64,000 bases of DNA from positions 18,714 to 82,713 of the forward strand of contig CAWIMY010000001.1 in assembly GCA_963837355.1 (NCBI GenBank), written 5' to 3'. Shown piece by piece: positions 60,804 through 64,000 of this stretch. The notes beneath the pieces are model-generated. The model was not told where the DNA came from. It saw only the letters and a list, made by a program, of their open reading frames with translations, and made no database searches. The position numbers and the translations under genes were made by a program. Source of the stretch: an uncultured Saprospiraceae bacterium. GTDB lineage: Bacteria; Bacteroidota; Bacteroidia; Chitinophagales; Saprospiraceae. How positions within the stretch are numbered: position 1 is the first letter of the stretch; each line of letters begins with the position of its first letter.

Positions 60804-63101
60804 TTATTCATCTCCTAACCACTCCCAAACCAAATCCAAAATCCGCCCAGCCCTTTTCTCCACAAAAGCCTGATCCCAAGTCCCATCAACCCCCAACTGC
60901 ACCAACGGCTCAATATGACGTTTGTAACTAGAAGATTGTAACAACTCCAAAGTTTTAGGACTAAGCTCCACCCCGTGGTGTTCGGCAGTAGTTTTGAGTG
61001 CTGTTTGATCATCCAAGTCGCTTTCACTAAGGTATTTGTAATAAAAATACTTAGATTTCCAGCCTTTGTTGCTTACGGAGCTATTTATTTCCGTTGGTAA
61101 GAGGGTTAGGTTACCAATAGATTGATACCATTCATCTTTAGTATAGAGTGATTCGTCCCACTCTCTCGTCCCATTTCTAGGAGCAACATGCTCGATGGAC
61201 TTTAAGTCTTCAGAGTCCCACTGTTTGGCTGTTAAGTAAGGGGATACACCTACCTTTCCTGCTTTCATTAAACCAATGTGGTCAAGGTCAGTAATAGTAT
61301 CATGGGCACTAATAAATAACGCCAACTTACAGACGGAGCGCGCTTTGTCATAACGCAAGCGTAAGAGCGCCCGTTCTTTCCAAGAAGTTTTATTGACAAT
61401 ATCTTTTTCCAGCAAAACCTCTTGGAAATAATCTGCCAGCAAATCTACATTTAGTACAGGATGATCCCGCCAAGAGTTGGCTAGTTCGGTTTTACCATCC
61501 TTTCCTTCTGGTCGCTTTATAAACGTTCTGTATTGTACATCCAGCCCTGCATTAGAGTGGGAAGAGCGCCATTGTGTGTAAAAGCGAGCCACTAATTTGG
61601 TGGCTGTTACAAATTTATCTACAGCTTGTGGACGGTCTCTCAAAATATCAGCATACAACCGCCCCAGAATAATGATAGACATTTTGTGGTTGGACTCCTT
61701 CAAATAACGGAGAAGTAAGGACGCTAGTTCTGCTTCTGGATGGCCTTTTAGCATTGGAATAACGCTGCCATCATCTCCTTTATAATCTAGCCAAACGTTC
61801 TTATAAAAAGAGGCATAGTCTCCAAAGAAATTTATGAACGCTTGTTTCTCTTCATCCGTTTGGCAAACATTGTTATAAGTTTCGGTCAACCACTTTCGTT
61901 GTTGGCTAAAATGGCTGTTTAGTTTTTTACCCTCAACAGTCAGTGCAAAAGAGGTTAAGAATTCTTTTGTTAGGCTACTCTTACGATTAGCACTTTTAGT
62001 ATCTTCAAATAAGGCATCTACCTTTTCTATGCTCTCTTCTGCTTTCGAGCCTTTATAGCCCCGTTCCGAGTGTTTGGCCACATAATTAACAACGTTTGGT
62101 TTGAATGTTTCAATTGCTGTGAGCGGGGTGCCAGTAGCATTTAACGACTGAAACATATCGAAGGCCCAATCTTCATTCATGGGTTGGATAATGGTGAAGC
62201 AACAGCGTTCTAACAAGTAATGAGCTACAGCAAACAGCTGCACTAAGGAAGAAAGTTGATAGCTCATTGTTTTACTAGAACTATAGTCCTTTGTGCGTAC
62301 AACATCTTCTAAATCCTTTCTCTCATACTGCCAAATATTGTCTTGATTGATACCGTTTAGAATATCAACCGCAGTAATGAACTCATCGTCTTCTTTGATA
62401 TGTGCCTGTAAAACTGTCTTTTTTATCCATTCATTAATGCGCTTAAGATTGCGTCCAGTTCTACTTGTTTTACCAAATACAGGCAATGTATCTGCTTTAC
62501 AAGAATCATCTATATACTCTATGAATTGAGCTAAGTAGTTCGCAACATCAGATTTGTAGCTAGCATGAAGTTCTCCATCTTTGGTCCATTGGTCTTTGTC
62601 TCCCCTGATAATTTTGGGTTTACGTTTCGGCTTTCCCCGCAAGTTTAAAGAGAAAACATCTATTATTTTTTCGTACCAGTCATCACAGGCCTCCCTTACT
62701 GCATCTTTAACCGCTTGATTATCGGATGCATTAATTGTTTTCTGTAATTCTTTGATATGATGGTAAAGAAGTGTAGAGAATAAGGCAATAGTTGATAGTC
62801 TTTGTTGACCATCTATAATATTGACAATTAAGGAAGGTAATCCTGCTGGATCTATAGGGTAAATAGATCTACTATCATTCACTTTTACAGAAATGACTGT
62901 ACCTAAAAATCGTATCTCATCTTTGTTCTCTGTTATAGACATAATGCCTTGGGAAACATCGTCTAGCAACTGCTCAATGTTGTCTTTATCCCAGCTATAC
63001 TCGCGCTGATATAAGGGAATATATAAACCTACTCCAGGCTTCTGGTAGAAACCGTGGACATTCAGCGTTTCAGGATTAAACGCCTTATCAATTTGTAACA
63101 T
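60804..63101 (-). CDS. sspE: DUF262 + DUF1524 protein (SspE/GmrSD-like nuclease-NTPase)
   Basis: N-terminal LYQREYSW and DGQQRLST (DUF262). C-terminal IEHVAPRN...IGNLTLLPTEINSSVSNKGW (DUF1524 His-Me finger type). It sits next to the sspBCD-like genes. Confidence 0.7.
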   Translation of the reverse strand: MLQIDKAFNPETLNVHGFYQKPGVGLYIPLYQREYSWDKDNIEQLLDDVSQGIMSITENKDEIRFLGTVISVKVNDSRSIYPIDPAGLPSLIVNIIDGQQRLSTIALFSTLLYHHIKELQKTINASDNQAVKDAVREACDDWYEKIIDVFSLNLRGKPKRKPKIIRGDKDQWTKDGELHASYKSDVANYLAQFIEYIDDSCKADTLPVFGKTSRTGRNLKRINEWIKKTVLQAHIKEDDEFITAVDILNGINQDNIWQYERKDLEDVVRTKDYSSSKTMSYQLSSLVQLFAVAHYLLERCCFTIIQPMNEDWAFDMFQSLNATGTPLTAIETFKPNVVNYVAKHSERGYKGSKAEESIEKVDALFEDTKSANRKSSLTKEFLTSFALTVEGKKLNSHFSQQRKWLTETYNNVCQTDEEKQAFINFFGDYASFYKNVWLDYKGDDGSVIPMLKGHPEAELASLLLRYLKESNHKMSIIILGRLYADILRDRPQAVDKFVTATKLVARFYTQWRSSHSNAGLDVQYRTFIKRPEGKDGKTELANSWRDHPVLNVDLLADYFQEVLLEKDIVNKTSWKERALLRLRYDKARSVCKLALFISAHDTITDLDHIGLMKAGKVGVSPYLTAKQWDSEDLKSIEHVAPRNGTREWDESLYTKDEWYQSIGNLTLLPTEINSSVSNKGWKSKYFYYKYLSESDLDDQTALKTTAEHHGVELSPKTLELLQSSSYKRHIEPLVQLGVDGTWDQAFVEKRAGRILDLVWEWLGDE

Positions 63102-63289
63102 GTTTGGGAGTGTTTATTCTAGTCTTATAGTTGTTTTGTCTAATAAAACTAGAAAAAAAAAGGCACATTCAAAGTATAAAAACCTATTATTATCAAGAAA
63201 AACTAATTCTCATAATACTGTGTTCATTAAAAAAGGCCAACACTTCCTTTTAAGAATGTTTCACCTCTAAAATAATACTTCTAAGAATA

Positions 63290-64000
63290 TCATTCCCCCA
63301 AAACCAAAAACGTAGTCCGTCGATTCTCCTGATGCTCCGCATCCGTACACTCCGAACACTTACACAAATTGGCCAACAAACTCTCTCCGTAACCACGGGC
63401 CGTCAAGCGGGCAGGGTCGATGCCATTCTGAATGAGGTACTGCACGGCCGATTCGGCGCGGCGCTGCGAGAGCTTCTCGTTGTAAGCCGTGGCACCTTGG
63501 CAATCCGTGTGGGAGGAGAGCTGGATGTTGATGCTGGGGTTGCGTTTGAGCAAGTCTACCAGCGTATTGAGCGTTGGTTTGGCATCTTCGCGAATGAACG
63601 CCTTGTCTAAATCGTAGTAGATGTTAGGCAGGACAATTTCTTGATCGGTGAAGATTTTTTCTAGCATCAGCTCTTTGGAGAGCGTGGTATCGGGGTGCTG
63701 GGCGTTGAGGACGATGCCGACTGTGGACAGCGTGTCTAGCGTGATGAAATAGCCGGGTTTGCTGGCTTTGAAATAATAGACCGTGTTGGTGTCTAAGGTG
63801 GCGTAGAAGGTGCCGTCGATGTCGGAGCCTAGCGTGAAGGCCGTGTCTAGCGTGCTGATTTGTACCGAAGCGCCCATGAGGGGATTGTAACTGGCAATGC
63901 CGCTGTTGGGGTCGTCTTCGTCGTTAAAGATTTTTTCTTTGACTATGCCTTCTAAGTTGATGCGCAAGACCAACAGGGGCGTGTCGGGGAGGGTTGTGGT
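63290..64000 (-). CDS. OmpA-family protein, C-terminal part (5' end outside window)
   Basis: OmpA-like domain NIYYDLDKAFIREDAKPTLNTLVDLL...SHTDCQGATAYNEKLSQRRAESAVQYL...RRTTF. The frame stays open to nt 64000. Confidence 0.8.
   Translation of the reverse strand, partial: TTTLPDTPLLVLRINLEGIVKEKIFNDEDDPNSGIASYNPLMGASVQISTLDTAFTLGSDIDGTFYATLDTNTVYYFKASKPGYFITLDTLSTVGIVLNAQHPDTTLSKELMLEKIFTDQEIVLPNIYYDLDKAFIREDAKPTLNTLVDLLKRNPSINIQLSSHTDCQGATAYNEKLSQRRAESAVQYLIQNGIDPARLTARGYGESLLANLCKCSECTDAEHQENRRTTFLVLGE

Overview
The gene content looks like a Bacteroidota chromosome (DUF2723, DUF5686, DUF4476, CarboxypepD_reg-type outer-membrane protein, no obvious SD sites). This taxonomic call is an inference from family content only.

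**Layout**
- **1-1.35 kb:** AT-rich toxin-like C-terminal module plus a small membrane protein.
- **1.9-9.7 kb:** mosaic of mobile DNA. It holds an XRE regulator, a primase-helicase in several frames, two tyrosine recombinases (one truncated), a MITE-like element, an IS5-family IS, an ISAs1 fragment and a cargo lipoprotein.
- **9.8-50.9 kb:** mostly housekeeping and envelope genes (GT2, epimerase, nadC, Na/Pi and Pit-like transporters, trxA, ahcY, CDF, ABC permease, folC, tilS, queD and others).
- **51.0-63.2 kb:** AT-rich defence island.

**Unusual structures in the housekeeping block**
- Three intergenic tandem arrays of GTAG-prefixed hairpins (REP-like, not CRISPR).
- A run of five tandem paralogous membrane PH-domain-like genes.

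**Defence island**
- A plus-strand sspB/sspC/sspD-like DNA phosphorothioation module, with no sspA in the window.
- A convergent minus-strand operon that starts with a DUF262/DUF1524 (SspE/GmrSD-like) protein. It continues into a GHKL ATPase, a histidine-kinase core, a receiver-like protein and an unrecognisable 261-aa protein.
- This two-component-like cassette welded to the PT-sensing nuclease gene is my best candidate for an undescribed system.

**Caveat**
At least ten reading-frame breaks occur in unrelated genes, several at short homopolymer runs. Assembly indels cannot be separated from real pseudogenisation using the sequence alone.
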